Shown here piece by piece: positions 49,249 to 59,447 of a stretch of 64,000 bases of DNA. Source of the stretch: Ignavibacteriota bacterium. Lineage in GTDB: Bacteria; Bacteroidota; Ignavibacteria; UBA10030. Every line of letters starts with the position of its first letter. The first letter of the stretch is position 1. The notes under the pieces were generated by a model. It saw only the letters and a program-made list of their open reading frames with translations. It had not been told where the DNA came from and searched no databases. The stretch is from NCBI GenBank assembly GCA_963701295.1, contig OY969585.1, positions 3,008,001-3,072,000 of the forward strand. The letters run 5' to 3'. Position numbers and translations under genes: made by a program.

Positions 49249-50733
49249 TTAAAAAGGATTTTCCGTCGGATAGAAGGCTCCTACAGGATGATTGAAGAAT
49301 ACTTCTTCGAGACCCAGCATTTTGCATGCAGCAAATAGTGTTTTGCCGGCATGTTTAAACGCAATAGCTGTATGATGCGGGAAGTGTTTTTCGATGAGCA
49401 CATGCCGATAGAAGCGCCCCATTTCCTTGATAGCAAAAACTCCAATAGATCCAAACGACTTTGGATTGATCTTTAATACCTCGCCATTTGCCACATACGC
49501 ACGAATCTCTGCATCGGTCGTTGATTGGATGCGGAAGATAGAAATCGGGCCGGCTTTAATTTGACCTTCCAATGTACCTCGTGTGATATCTGGTTTACTT
49601 TCCGGCTCCATAAGCCTGTGCATGATCAATTGGTATTGCATAATCGGCTGCACCAAACATCCGGAGGATGTATTGCCGCAATGAAATCCCATCCAAAGAT
49701 CGCTCAGTGTGTAATTGCCGATTGCCTTCTTATTTTCTTTGTACATATCCTTCGGAACAGAATTGTTAATATCCAAGATCGCTGGCGGAACTTCTGTTGC
49801 ACAGATGGACATGTATTCACTCAGAGCTCCATAAACATCAGCTTCACAAGCGACAGGAACGCCCTTTGCTGCCAACCGAGAATTCAAGTAGCAAGGGACA
49901 TGTCCAAAATGTTTTTCGAATGCAGGCCAACATTTATTGGCAAACGCTGCATATTTCGAAGCGCCGAGGTTTGCGTTCATGAATTTTTCAAGCGCATATT
50001 CATATTGCGCAAGCTTTTCAAGAAGTTCGGGATAGGTGTTGCCTTTCCCAAGTTCTTTATTCATCTCCTTTGCAATAAGTTTGATTCTCGGATTTCCTTT
50101 TTCAGTTTGAACGATATCCAACAAATCAAGTTCACTGTTTTCCATGATTTCAACGCCCAAATCATAAAGCGGCTGAATCGGCGCATGACATGTCAGGAAA
50201 TCGAATGGGCGTGGTCCGAAGGAGAAAATTTTTAAATTACGAACACCAGCAACAGTACGGGCGATGGGAATAAACTCTGCCAGCATCGATGCAACATCTT
50301 CCGGATCACCAATCGGATATTCAGGAATGTATGGTTTCAATCGTCGAAGACCGATATTGTATGATACACTCAGCAGTCCGCAATATGCGTCACCTCGCCC
50401 GTCGATGAGATCCTTTCCAGTATCTTCGGCGGCGGCAACAAGCATGACTGGACCATTGAACTTTTCAGCAAGCAATGTTGTAGGGCCCTCTGGACCAAAA
50501 TTCCCTAAATACAGTACCAGTGCATTGACATCCTTCTTCTTTAATTCGTCCAACGCTTTCAGTACATCCCGCTCATTCTCAATAATTGTTTCTATTTCAA
50601 TGACAGGTACTTTGGCCTTTTTACATGCGGTTACGACATTCTTACGGCGCTTATGTGACAATTCAACAGGAAAACAATCTCGGCTTACCGCAACCACACC
50701 AAGTTTTATGACCGGAATATTTTGCATGAACAA
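49249..50733 (-). CDS. L-fucose/L-arabinose isomerase family (FucI-like) protein
   Basis: Motifs VSRDCFP, GNFGPEGP, GRGDAYCG, KCWP, CEADVYG and FHCGN; no canonical AraA motifs recognised. Confidence 0.8.
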   Translation of the reverse strand: MFMQNIPVIKLGVVAVSRDCFPVELSHKRRKNVVTACKKAKVPVIEIETIIENERDVLKALDELKKKDVNALVLYLGNFGPEGPTTLLAEKFNGPVMLVAAAEDTGKDLIDGRGDAYCGLLSVSYNIGLRRLKPYIPEYPIGDPEDVASMLAEFIPIARTVAGVRNLKIFSFGPRPFDFLTCHAPIQPLYDLGVEIMENSELDLLDIVQTEKGNPRIKLIAKEMNKELGKGNTYPELLEKLAQYEYALEKFMNANLGASKYAAFANKCWPAFEKHFGHVPCYLNSRLAAKGVPVACEADVYGALSEYMSICATEVPPAILDINNSVPKDMYKENKKAIGNYTLSDLWMGFHCGNTSSGCLVQPIMQYQLIMHRLMEPESKPDITRGTLEGQIKAGPISIFRIQSTTDAEIRAYVANGEVLKINPKSFGSIGVFAIKEMGRFYRHVLIEKHFPHHTAIAFKHAGKTLFAACKMLGLEEVFFNHPVGAFYPTENPF

Positions 50734-50743
50734 TTCTCCTTAA

Positions 50744-51436
50744 TTATTTCTTTTGACCGTAATAAGCATCCGGTCCGTGTTTTCGGTTGAAATGTTTTTC
50801 GAGGATGTACATGGGCAATTCGGATACCTTCGGATTCAGCTGTAACGTTCCGAGTGCCATCTGTGCAATGTTCTCAAGCGCAATAGCATTCTTCACTGAC
50901 TCAGCAGCATCTCTTCCCCAGGTAAAGGGTGCATGTCCTGCGACCAAAATACCGGGATTACTTGCAGCGTCCAACGATGCGAATCGTTCGGCAATAATTT
51001 TTCCTGTGTTGCCTTCGTAATCGCCGTTGACTTCATCTTCCGTAAGGAAACGGGTAACTGGAACTGGTCCATTGAAAAGATCTGCGTGTGTTGTTCCAAA
51101 ACATGGAATTTCCCGACATGCCTGTGCGAACATTGTTGCGGAAATGCTGTGTGTGTGAGCAATTCCTCCTATAGCTGGAAACTTGCTATACAATAGAACA
51201 TGCGTCGGCGTGTCAGACGATGGACAGTAATTCCCTTCAACTACCTTGCCATTTAAATCTACTACAATCATATCTGCAGCGGTCAGCTTGTTATACTCAA
51301 CACCGCTCGGCTTGATGACGATCTTGCCATCAACTCGGTTTATACCGCTGACATTTCCCCACGTCAATGTTACCAACCCAGATTTCACCAGCGCAACGTT
51401 TGCTTTGTAAACCTCTTCTTTTAATTGTTTTAACAT
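50744..51436 (-). CDS. araD: L-ribulose-5-phosphate 4-epimerase
   Basis: Motifs TWGNVS, IKPSG, PSSDTPTH, HTHS, GTTHAD and KHG..AYYGQ. Confidence 0.95.
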   Translation of the reverse strand: MLKQLKEEVYKANVALVKSGLVTLTWGNVSGINRVDGKIVIKPSGVEYNKLTAADMIVVDLNGKVVEGNYCPSSDTPTHVLLYSKFPAIGGIAHTHSISATMFAQACREIPCFGTTHADLFNGPVPVTRFLTEDEVNGDYEGNTGKIIAERFASLDAASNPGILVAGHAPFTWGRDAAESVKNAIALENIAQMALGTLQLNPKVSELPMYILEKHFNRKHGPDAYYGQKK

Positions 51437-51437
51437 T

Positions 51438-53405
51438 TTATTTTCTCGGCAGCCATACTTTCATCGTCCCTGCACCACGATTCGCCCAGGCATAATACGG
51501 AATAGCAGTAAATTTCCGCACGCTCTGACCGTCTCTCGTTGGAACATCTCCTGATATGATATTCACACCACCGAGTAAGTCATTTCGTTTTTCCGTTTCT
51601 AACGCGGCAGCATCAGGGAACATAAGGTTTTCTATTTGATTATCGTTATCAATTCCTTCAACACAATATACAATAGGGCCATATTCAAGTGCTGTCAGAT
51701 TCTCATCATCTTTAACTCTTTTGTCAGCAACTATGCGGCGGACACTCATAGGGAGACTAATGTTTATACTATCTCCAGACTCCCAAATTCTGGTAATTGC
51801 CGCATAACCATGATGTGTGTTATAGTTTATTTCTTTGCCGTTTAATGTAATCATAACTTTGCTGTTTTTAATATCGGTATAGGCATATAATTCGCTTGGA
51901 AGAACTCTGTTTTGTGTCCACCCAGGCATTCGAAATTTCAGAGTAAGTTGCTCAGGTTTTTCTAGGCTGATTCTGACACTAATCTCTCCTTGCCAAGGAT
52001 ACTCAGTCTGCTGTTCAATCTGTACCAAATCATTTCCTAAGCTCACTTTTGCCCTGCTGGATATATAAAGATTAACATATAAAGTATCTTTTTGTACAGC
52101 GTAAATCAAACCTGGTAGAGAAGGAATAAAACGAATTAGATTCGTGGGGCAGCATGAGCAATCGAACCAGGGCTGACGGGTTCCTGAACCGTTATTAAAC
52201 TGGAATTTACCATCAGCTTCAAGGGGGTTCACGTAAAAAAAGTTTTTACCGTCGAGTGATATCCCGGAAATCAAACCATTGTACAATGTACGTTCAATGA
52301 TATCGAAATACTTCGCATCCCCTGTAAGCATGAACAAACGATTATTCCAATAGACATCGCCTATCGATGCACATGTTTCGTTGTACGCAGTCAGATTTGG
52401 AAGGTCAAAATCTTTTCCCATCGATTCGCCACCATGTGTTACTCCAATGCCTCCAGTGAGAGCTATCTTTTTCTGTACCATATTGTTCCAGATGCTTATG
52501 ACCGCTTTCAAGTAGGCAGAATCTCCATATATCGCGGCTATATCGGTCATACCGGCATACATGTACACTGCACGCACGGCGTGGCCTACTATTGCCTCCT
52601 GTTGAACGACAGGTTTATGATCCTGGCTGTATTCACCGTACAGGAGATGCGTAGTCGAGTCGCCCCTCAAGTCGAGAAAGTATTTGGCGAGTTCTAAATA
52701 TTTTTCATTGTGGGTAACCCGAAAAAGTTTTATCAATCCAGTTTCAACAATCTGATGACCGGGCGGCAAAGTAATTTTCCCCGGACCAAAAGTTTTTACC
52801 AACAAATCGGCATTCTTGATGGCTATGTCAAGAAATGTTCGCTTGCCTGTAGCATTATAATGCGCTACAGCAGCTTCAAACATATGACCACTGTTGTAGA
52901 GTTCATGGTTTGATGATTCGCCAGTCCAGCGTTTCCCAGTTTTCTGCGTCCATTGACCAGGAGGGTTTGTTGGATCGATGGTACACCAGGTAGTAAGATA
53001 GCCATCAGGTTCTTGACCGGTTCTTATAATAGCAATAACCGAATCGATGTAAGTATCCAATTCCTTGCTCGGGGTGCTGATCAATGAGTATGATGCTCCC
53101 TCGATGATTTTATATACATCCGTATCGTCAAAGGGCATTTGCCCCCTGACTTTACCCTTCTTTTTCCCTCCGGCAATAAGGAAGTTCTCCAGGCGGCCTT
53201 CTTTTCGGCATTTATCAAAACCAAATGCTATGGTGGTATTTTGCACCGTCCTAATTTTCGGCAACCAAAAGTTGTCGGAAATCTCTACTTTCTTGATGTC
53301 GATCATCGAAATTGGGTAATCTGCATACTTATTTTGCTGTCCATAACATTGCGCGAAAAAAGAAAATAAAAATATAACGTGATAAAAAGTTAAGAACTTC
53401 TTCAT
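51438..53405 (-). CDS. GH127 beta-L-arabinofuranosidase
   Basis: Signal peptide, HELYN.GH.FEA, GHAVRA.Y, YNETCAS, FFYVNPL and WFDCSCCP.N. Confidence 0.92.
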   Translation of the reverse strand: MKKFLTFYHVIFLFSFFAQCYGQQNKYADYPISMIDIKKVEISDNFWLPKIRTVQNTTIAFGFDKCRKEGRLENFLIAGGKKKGKVRGQMPFDDTDVYKIIEGASYSLISTPSKELDTYIDSVIAIIRTGQEPDGYLTTWCTIDPTNPPGQWTQKTGKRWTGESSNHELYNSGHMFEAAVAHYNATGKRTFLDIAIKNADLLVKTFGPGKITLPPGHQIVETGLIKLFRVTHNEKYLELAKYFLDLRGDSTTHLLYGEYSQDHKPVVQQEAIVGHAVRAVYMYAGMTDIAAIYGDSAYLKAVISIWNNMVQKKIALTGGIGVTHGGESMGKDFDLPNLTAYNETCASIGDVYWNNRLFMLTGDAKYFDIIERTLYNGLISGISLDGKNFFYVNPLEADGKFQFNNGSGTRQPWFDCSCCPTNLIRFIPSLPGLIYAVQKDTLYVNLYISSRAKVSLGNDLVQIEQQTEYPWQGEISVRISLEKPEQLTLKFRMPGWTQNRVLPSELYAYTDIKNSKVMITLNGKEINYNTHHGYAAITRIWESGDSINISLPMSVRRIVADKRVKDDENLTALEYGPIVYCVEGIDNDNQIENLMFPDAAALETEKRNDLLGGVNIISGDVPTRDGQSVRKFTAIPYYAWANRGAGTMKVWLPRK

Positions 53406-53462
53406 GTTATAGGATCGAAAGTAAATACATTATTAGCATGAACTCAGTCATTCGTTGGTAAC

Positions 53463-55163
53463 TTACTTTGTTTTCCTCACTTGATCGCGCAATTTCAGTA
53501 AGTCTTTCATCACATTGAACATATTCCCATTCCATTGCTTCGTACCAAATCCATCGTGCAACTGATGATAAAGTGCATAAAGCTTCTTGTAGACTTCTTG
53601 ATTTTCTTTGATCGGCGTATAGAGCTTGCCGTTTCCTGTCATTGCTTGCCGTGCTTCATCGATAGAATCGTACCCGCCGGCACTCTTTCCAGCTGCTACG
53701 GATGCAAAGATACCAGCACCAAGCGCAGGTGTTTGCTCGCTGCAGGAAATTTTCATCGGTCGACCTGTGATATCTGCATAAATCTGCATCATCAATTTAT
53801 TCTTCATTGCCAATCCACCACAATTGATCACTTCCTTCACTTTTACGCCATATTTTTCGATGCGTTCGATGATAGCGAGAGCGCCGAAGCCGGTTGCCTC
53901 AATTAACGCTCGATAAATTTCTTCCGGTGTTGTATGCAGCGATTGACCTACCAGCATGCCGCTCAACCGAACATCGACGAGAATCGTTCGGTTGCCGTTA
54001 TTCCAGTCGAGGGCAAGAAGCCCGCTTTCGCCAGGCAATAATTTCGATGCCGCTTTTTCAAGATTTCTAAATTTCTCGTCTTGTGTCTTTCCGTATGACT
54101 CATCGACGAGATTGTTTACAAACCAGAGGAATATATCCCCTACTCCAGATTGACCCGCTTCGATACCATAGTAGCCATTCATCACCGAACCATCGACAAT
54201 TCCACAAACACCCGGAATATCATTCAGTTGTTCTTTATGTGGATGAATCATAATGTCGCACGTGCTCGTTCCGATAATCTTTACGAGCGTACCGGTAGAA
54301 ATTCCTGCTCCAACGGCTCCCATATGAGCATCGAACGCACCGACTGCAATGACAACATTCAAGGAAAGGCCCAGCTTCTTTGCCCAATCGAATGAAAGAG
54401 ATCCCACCCGCTGTTCCGCAGTAAAAGCCTCATCATAGAGCCGACTTCGCAATGCTCCTAAACCAGGCGAGAGTGTTTCGAGGAACTCAATATCAGGTAA
54501 CCCTCCCCAATTCCGATTGAACATCGCTTTGTGGCCGGCAGAACAAATCCCTCTCTTGATTTTCTTTGGCGAGAGTTCACCCGACAATACCGCCGGAATC
54601 CAATCGCAAATTTCTACCCAACTATCTGCAGATTCGAACACCTCTGGCGCAATATTTTTGCAATGAAGAATTTTACTCCACCACCATTCGGAGGAATACG
54701 TGCCGCCAATTTTTGAAAGATATTGCGGCCGGATCCTCGCTGCAAGTTCGGTGATCTGTGCTGCTTCTGCATAGCTCGTATGGTCTTTCCAGATCCATAC
54801 CATCGCGGCGGGATTATTTTTAAACTTGCTATTAAAACACAATGCTTGACCCTGCGCGTCGACAGGCATCGGACTGCTACCTGTTGTGTCAACACCAATT
54901 CCGATTACATCTTGCGGGGAAAATTTTGACCGATTTGCTTTTGCTCTTTTAAGAGCTTTTTTGATTGTTACTTCAATTCCTAAAATGTAATCAGCGGGAT
55001 TCTGCCGTGCCAAATGCAGGTTGGCAGAATCTACAATCACTCCGTCTTTTCCTGATGGATATCGAAAAACCTGGCTTGCTAGCTCCTTTCCATTGGCAAC
55101 ATCGATGATTAAGGAACGGCAAGAGTTGGTTCCAAAATCTAATCCGATAACATACTTTGACAT
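53463..55163 (-). CDS. araB: Ribulokinase
   Basis: Motifs GLDFGT, GVDTTGS, WKDH, YSSEWWW, FDAHMGAVG, EAGQS and LDWNNGNR. Confidence 0.94.
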   Translation of the reverse strand: MSKYVIGLDFGTNSCRSLIIDVANGKELASQVFRYPSGKDGVIVDSANLHLARQNPADYILGIEVTIKKALKRAKANRSKFSPQDVIGIGVDTTGSSPMPVDAQGQALCFNSKFKNNPAAMVWIWKDHTSYAEAAQITELAARIRPQYLSKIGGTYSSEWWWSKILHCKNIAPEVFESADSWVEICDWIPAVLSGELSPKKIKRGICSAGHKAMFNRNWGGLPDIEFLETLSPGLGALRSRLYDEAFTAEQRVGSLSFDWAKKLGLSLNVVIAVGAFDAHMGAVGAGISTGTLVKIIGTSTCDIMIHPHKEQLNDIPGVCGIVDGSVMNGYYGIEAGQSGVGDIFLWFVNNLVDESYGKTQDEKFRNLEKAASKLLPGESGLLALDWNNGNRTILVDVRLSGMLVGQSLHTTPEEIYRALIEATGFGALAIIERIEKYGVKVKEVINCGGLAMKNKLMMQIYADITGRPMKISCSEQTPALGAGIFASVAAGKSAGGYDSIDEARQAMTGNGKLYTPIKENQEVYKKLYALYHQLHDGFGTKQWNGNMFNVMKDLLKLRDQVRKTK

Positions 55164-55178
55164 GTCCTATTCCTTTTC

Positions 55179-55277
55179 TTATCCGACAAAGCAGAGATAG
55201 CCAGCAAAGATAACACCCAGCAGAATACTGAAATAGATATCAATCGCGATCCAATCCAGAGTTTACAGAGTGCCCAC
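55179..55277 (-). pseudogene. Deletion scar of a sodium:solute symporter gene
   Basis: AAGGAG RBS then GTG; reads MGTL*TLDWIAIDIYFSILLGV-IFAGYLCFVG*, an SSS-like N-terminus joined to an SSS-like C-terminus. Confidence 0.6.
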
Positions 55278-55295
55278 GTCTTCAGTCTCCTTTCC

Positions 55296-56435
55296 CTATT
55301 TCGTTGAAAATTGATAGATAGTTGTTTGCTCGTACGTTTCACCCGGTTTGAGAGTGGCAGATGGAAATTCCGGTTTATTTGGTGAGTCAGGATAACACTG
55401 TGCCTCTAAACATAATCCGGTTCGATACTGAAAAGCGATTCCTTTGCCCTTTGCAGTCCCATCAAGAAAGTTACCGGAATAGAATTGAAGTCCTGGCTGA
55501 TCCGTATACACGATCATTAGACGTCCGCTCTTTTGCTCGTAAAGTTCCGCTGCTTTACGGATCTTGCCTTGAATATAATTTTTAATGACCCAGTTATGAT
55601 CATATCCCCGACCGAAAGCCAATTGTTCAAACTTATCGTCCACATGCGCACCAATCGTAGTCGAAGTACGGAAATCCATCGGAGTTTTTGCCACATCGAG
55701 AAATTTTCCAGTTGTAATAAGATCTTTATCGATCGGTGTGAATACGTCAGCTTCGATTGTTAAAAAATGGTCCAGAATTGTATTCGTGAAAGATCCTGAC
55801 AAATTGAAATAAGAATGGTGTGTTGGATTGAGAATAGTGACTTTATCCGTTGTTCCCGCGTACACAATTCGCAATTCATTTTTATCGGTCAAGGTATAGG
55901 TGACTGTCAAGGTAACTTTGCCCGGATATCCTTCTTCACCATCAACGCTGATATATGTTAATTCGAGAGAAGGACCTGCGCTGTCATGCACCGTACGTGC
56001 ATTCCATAAGACTTTATTAAATCCGATTTTCCCGCCATGGAGATGGTTCTCACCACTATTGATTGTCAACTGGAATTCTTTTCCATCCAATTTGAACTTG
56101 CCTTTGCCGATACGATTGCCATAGCGTCCAACAATAGCACCGAAAAAGCACTTGTCGCTCATGTAACCTTGCAGTGAATCATAACCGAGAACGATATCTT
56201 CATATTTTCCGTTACGATCCGGAACAGTCAGTGATGTGATAACCGCTCCGAAGTTGATGATTTTCATTGTTGCGCCGGATTTATTCATTAGCGTATATTG
56301 ATATACCTCGTGTCCATCCGGAAGTTTTCCATAAAGAGTTTTTTCGATCACGCTATTTTCCTTTTTGTTTGGTGTAAATGAAAGTAAAACACTAGAATAA
56401 ATAAGAAATGCATAGAATAATATTTGCCTTATCAT
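55296..56435 (-). CDS. galM: Aldose 1-epimerase (mutarotase) with signal peptide
   Basis: Motifs GRYGNRI, HLHGG, GEEGYPG, HHSYFNL, GYDHNW, QFYSGNFLDG and LEAQ. Confidence 0.94.
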   Translation of the reverse strand: MIRQILFYAFLIYSSVLLSFTPNKKENSVIEKTLYGKLPDGHEVYQYTLMNKSGATMKIINFGAVITSLTVPDRNGKYEDIVLGYDSLQGYMSDKCFFGAIVGRYGNRIGKGKFKLDGKEFQLTINSGENHLHGGKIGFNKVLWNARTVHDSAGPSLELTYISVDGEEGYPGKVTLTVTYTLTDKNELRIVYAGTTDKVTILNPTHHSYFNLSGSFTNTILDHFLTIEADVFTPIDKDLITTGKFLDVAKTPMDFRTSTTIGAHVDDKFEQLAFGRGYDHNWVIKNYIQGKIRKAAELYEQKSGRLMIVYTDQPGLQFYSGNFLDGTAKGKGIAFQYRTGLCLEAQCYPDSPNKPEFPSATLKPGETYEQTTIYQFSTK

Positions 56436-56530
56436 AATCTGCCCCTTCATTGAATAAAGATTAGTTTCAGAGATCGATAGAAAATAATATTCACAGACTT
56501 TATATGCACGCATATTTGAAATATGCGTTT

Positions 56531-56559
56531 ACGTTAATGAATATGCAAGCAATTGTCAA
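56531..56559 (-). promoter_or_regulatory. Putative sigma70 promoter of the arabinose operon
   Basis: TTGACA, 17-bp spacer, TAACGT. Confidence 0.45.
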
Positions 56560-57049
56560 TATTTTTACCTGTACAAGACATCTCTTTCACTCATATTCTT
56601 TATTCATTAATAAATGAAGAGCGCAAATGTTTCCTGTCTGATACGATATACTTTTTTATCGGCAAGCCTAGAAATAAAGTCACTAAAGCGTTCGCTTTAA
56701 TGTCGAAGACCATTCTCTGTATCTTGCTCTATTTTCATTAGGTGTTCAATTCATTTATTAATAATCTTTGAACATTCCATAGTGAGAGCTGAACTGGAGA
56801 GCTTCAAACGTTGTACTTTGTGCCGCAATGGGACCGCCCTCTGAGTTCTTCACTTCTCATTGATAAATCCCTATTAACCCGCGCAATAAATTGCACTGGC
56901 TATCGGTTTTTCCAGCTGAACTTCCTTTTGAATCTGTTGTTGATTTATGCTACACCATTCTTAGAACAATCATTCGTTATAAATTCATCGCTGTCATTTT
57001 CTCATAAATAAACATTGATACAAACCTATAAAATATTTCTAATTATTGC

Positions 57050-57078
57050 TTGACATAATTATAAATATTTCATATCAT
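57050..57078 (+). promoter_or_regulatory. Sigma70 promoter for the XRE gene
   Basis: TTGACA (57050-57055), 17-bp spacer, TATCAT (57073-57078). Confidence 0.7.
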
Positions 57079-57087
57079 GTTATTGAA

Positions 57088-57579
57088 ATGACCATTATGA
57101 CATTAACAGAAATCCGGAAAGAAAAACGTTTCAAAACAGTAGATCTCGCCACGAGACTCGGAATATCCCAGGGATATTACTCTCATCTCGAGCGTGGTAA
57201 GAGACCTTTCAATGATGTGCTCCTTAAAAAAACCGCGAAGGTTCTTGGAGTCCGAGTCGTTACGTTGCGAGAAGCCCTAAAATCACATCCGACTGATTCG
57301 TATAAATTAAAGAGCTGGATGTCGAACATCAGGATTTATGGCTTGCCGCTTATCAAGGCATTTCATTATTACTTGGAAACAAACGGTATAGATGCCCAAG
57401 CTTTTGACGATGCAAAGCTAAAAATAAAAATGAAGGAATTTGTCGAAGCTAATATCGGTTTTTCTGTTTTAGCAGAACTGTCAGAAAACAAAACTCTTTT
57501 AAGTCACATCCGTGAAGTAATCGGTGTCTATGCAATACTCATGAAGAGTGGTCTGTCAAACAATAAATCAAAAACTTAA
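57088..57579 (+). CDS. XRE-family HTH protein with an unrecognised C-terminal domain
   Basis: LTEIRKEK....DLATRLGISQGYYSHLERGKR; start is 57088 or 57097 given the promoter position. Confidence 0.85.
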   Translation: MTIMTLTEIRKEKRFKTVDLATRLGISQGYYSHLERGKRPFNDVLLKKTAKVLGVRVVTLREALKSHPTDSYKLKSWMSNIRIYGLPLIKAFHYYLETNGIDAQAFDDAKLKIKMKEFVEANIGFSVLAELSENKTLLSHIREVIGVYAILMKSGLSNNKSKT

Positions 57580-57589
57580 CATCAACAAT

Positions 57590-58582
57590 ATGAACACAAT
57601 TGAAAAAATGCGACACGTCGCCGATTTTCTGGTCAGCCAAAAAAAGTTTACTGAAGCATATACGATCTTTGATGAATTGTTTCGTCAAATTTGGGGCATC
57701 TTTGGCACGATACAATGTAGTTTTTCAGGATATTCGAATAGTCCAGTAGGAACAAAACTTTCTTTCGATCATATGCTTCGGAAACAATATCCTGAACCTG
57801 CTGTTAATGCGCTCTGTTCAAGAATGTATAACATCAATCTTTCATTGACACTCAATGAGTTTGTCCGGATCATGTACGGCCATTTACAATGTATCAACTC
57901 ATCTTGGCAAGTACGCAAAGAAATTTCTCCAGATATTGTATTAAGCGAATACGCTGTTCTCTACACACTAGCCCTTCAACCCTTACAGCAGCGAAAACTC
58001 ACTCCAATCTTCTCAATTGTTACAGCCATAGTCGACAGAAGCAACAAAGTGAAACGAATTATATCTAATTACCCCCGAAGTACTGTTGAAAAACTTCTTT
58101 TAGAAAATGCCCAGAAATGTAAGAATAATGAGTGGAAATCCATCAATCATCTTTTGCTTGATTACCTTCTTAACAGTGGCGAACGTAAATCAGAGCTCTT
58201 CAGAAAAGTTTCTAGTATTGTTGGCCCTTACTCTTATCGATTTCAATACAACTATTATTCTTCTGATCGATACAAGAAATATGAACGATATGAGCACAAC
58301 GAACGCCACGAAAGATACAAGCAGCAAACAGCTTCCTCCTCACGAACATTCTATTCTACAACTGCAACTGACGAAGAAAAGAATGTATATTACGGACATT
58401 TAATTGGTTTGATGGGAAAAGTAACAAAAGAGCAAATCCATTCAAAATACATTGGTTTGATTTCTCTCTATCATCCGGATCGGGTACAACACCTAGGTCC
58501 CGAGTTGAAGGAACTAGCTGAAATGAAATCAAAAGAAATTAATGCAGCATACGATTGGTTTAAATCAAAATATCATATCTAA
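57590..58582 (+). CDS. Protein with a C-terminal DnaJ (J) domain
   Basis: YYGHLIGL...TKEQI..KY..LI.LYHPDRV...LAE.K.KEINAAYD; unrecognised helical N-terminus. Confidence 0.85.
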   Translation: MNTIEKMRHVADFLVSQKKFTEAYTIFDELFRQIWGIFGTIQCSFSGYSNSPVGTKLSFDHMLRKQYPEPAVNALCSRMYNINLSLTLNEFVRIMYGHLQCINSSWQVRKEISPDIVLSEYAVLYTLALQPLQQRKLTPIFSIVTAIVDRSNKVKRIISNYPRSTVEKLLLENAQKCKNNEWKSINHLLLDYLLNSGERKSELFRKVSSIVGPYSYRFQYNYYSSDRYKKYERYEHNERHERYKQQTASSSRTFYSTTATDEEKNVYYGHLIGLMGKVTKEQIHSKYIGLISLYHPDRVQHLGPELKELAEMKSKEINAAYDWFKSKYHI

Positions 58583-58749
58583 TAATATCATTTCGCAAAT
58601 CAATTTGTATATCTGTTTAACTGTATCCTTGGTTAAATCATGGACAAGCCACTCTTGACAGTATGCTCAAGAAAATCGGTATTCTTTGTTGGATGAAGGT
58701 AGGACATATTGTAGGCGAGGAACAGAAGGGCACTTTTTAGGATAAAATA

Positions 58750-59130
58750 TATGCCCCGGTAAAAATGGAGGCTTGGTTCTATGAACCGCTCAAAGTGTTT
58801 ATGTTTTCATATTGTTGCCTTATTCTTGTCCACCGTCGATACATAGAATCCTCGATCATTAAAAAGTAGGCGTTTAAAGTTTTACCTCTTCCCTTATAGT
58901 TCACTGCAAAATGGAATACACCTTTCCCCTTTCCAAACCCTGCCGCTATGTTCATGACATGCTTGGGAGGAATGGATACCAGCGTATACTCATAATCCTC
59001 CAGAAATTGTCTTTCTCATATTCGACTCTTCTTCTCTCACACCAGATTGTCAGACATCTCTCCAAGATACCGTCGCAATTTCTTGGACCGTGTCTCCTGG
59101 CTTAATTTTTACATGAATACTTCATGTGCT
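58750..59130 (-). mobile_element. Heavily decayed IS200/IS605 tnpA remnant
   Basis: Minus-strand translation LRRYLGE...*EKKSRI*E...DYEYTLVSIPPKH...GFGKGKG..H, then after a shift RGFYVSTV. Downstream TTTGAGCGGTTCA...AAGCCTCC...CCGGGGC resembles an IS200-type end. Confidence 0.7.
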
Positions 59131-59447
59131 ATAAATTGTTCCGCGTATTTGTCTTGAATCTCCGGCATGCTTCAAGTAATTCACGTATACAGGAAATTCA
59201 ATGTTTTTAAGTATAAATCAAACTCTATGAATCTTTTAATATAGCGGGAAGTTTACTAATTTTAAATATTTTTGCATATATTATAACGTTTCAATTACAT
59301 TGAAATCACATGATTTTATCATGCAACTTAAAGCACAATAAACGTGAAAAATTTTCTGTTTGCTTCTATGTCGTAATTTATTTCAATTCATGACATTTTT
59401 CAGTCATATTGCAATTTTTAGAAAACTCATCAGCGGAAAGTGATTAA

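Noticed and set aside
49525-50235. Long antisense ORFs (also 3012-3605, 22216-22842, 41527-42123, 45008-45505)
   Set aside because: They lie opposite well-supported genes and show no domain signal.
57046-57087. TTG start of the XRE ORF at 57046
   Set aside because: It overlaps the -35/-10 promoter boxes, so the true start must be downstream.
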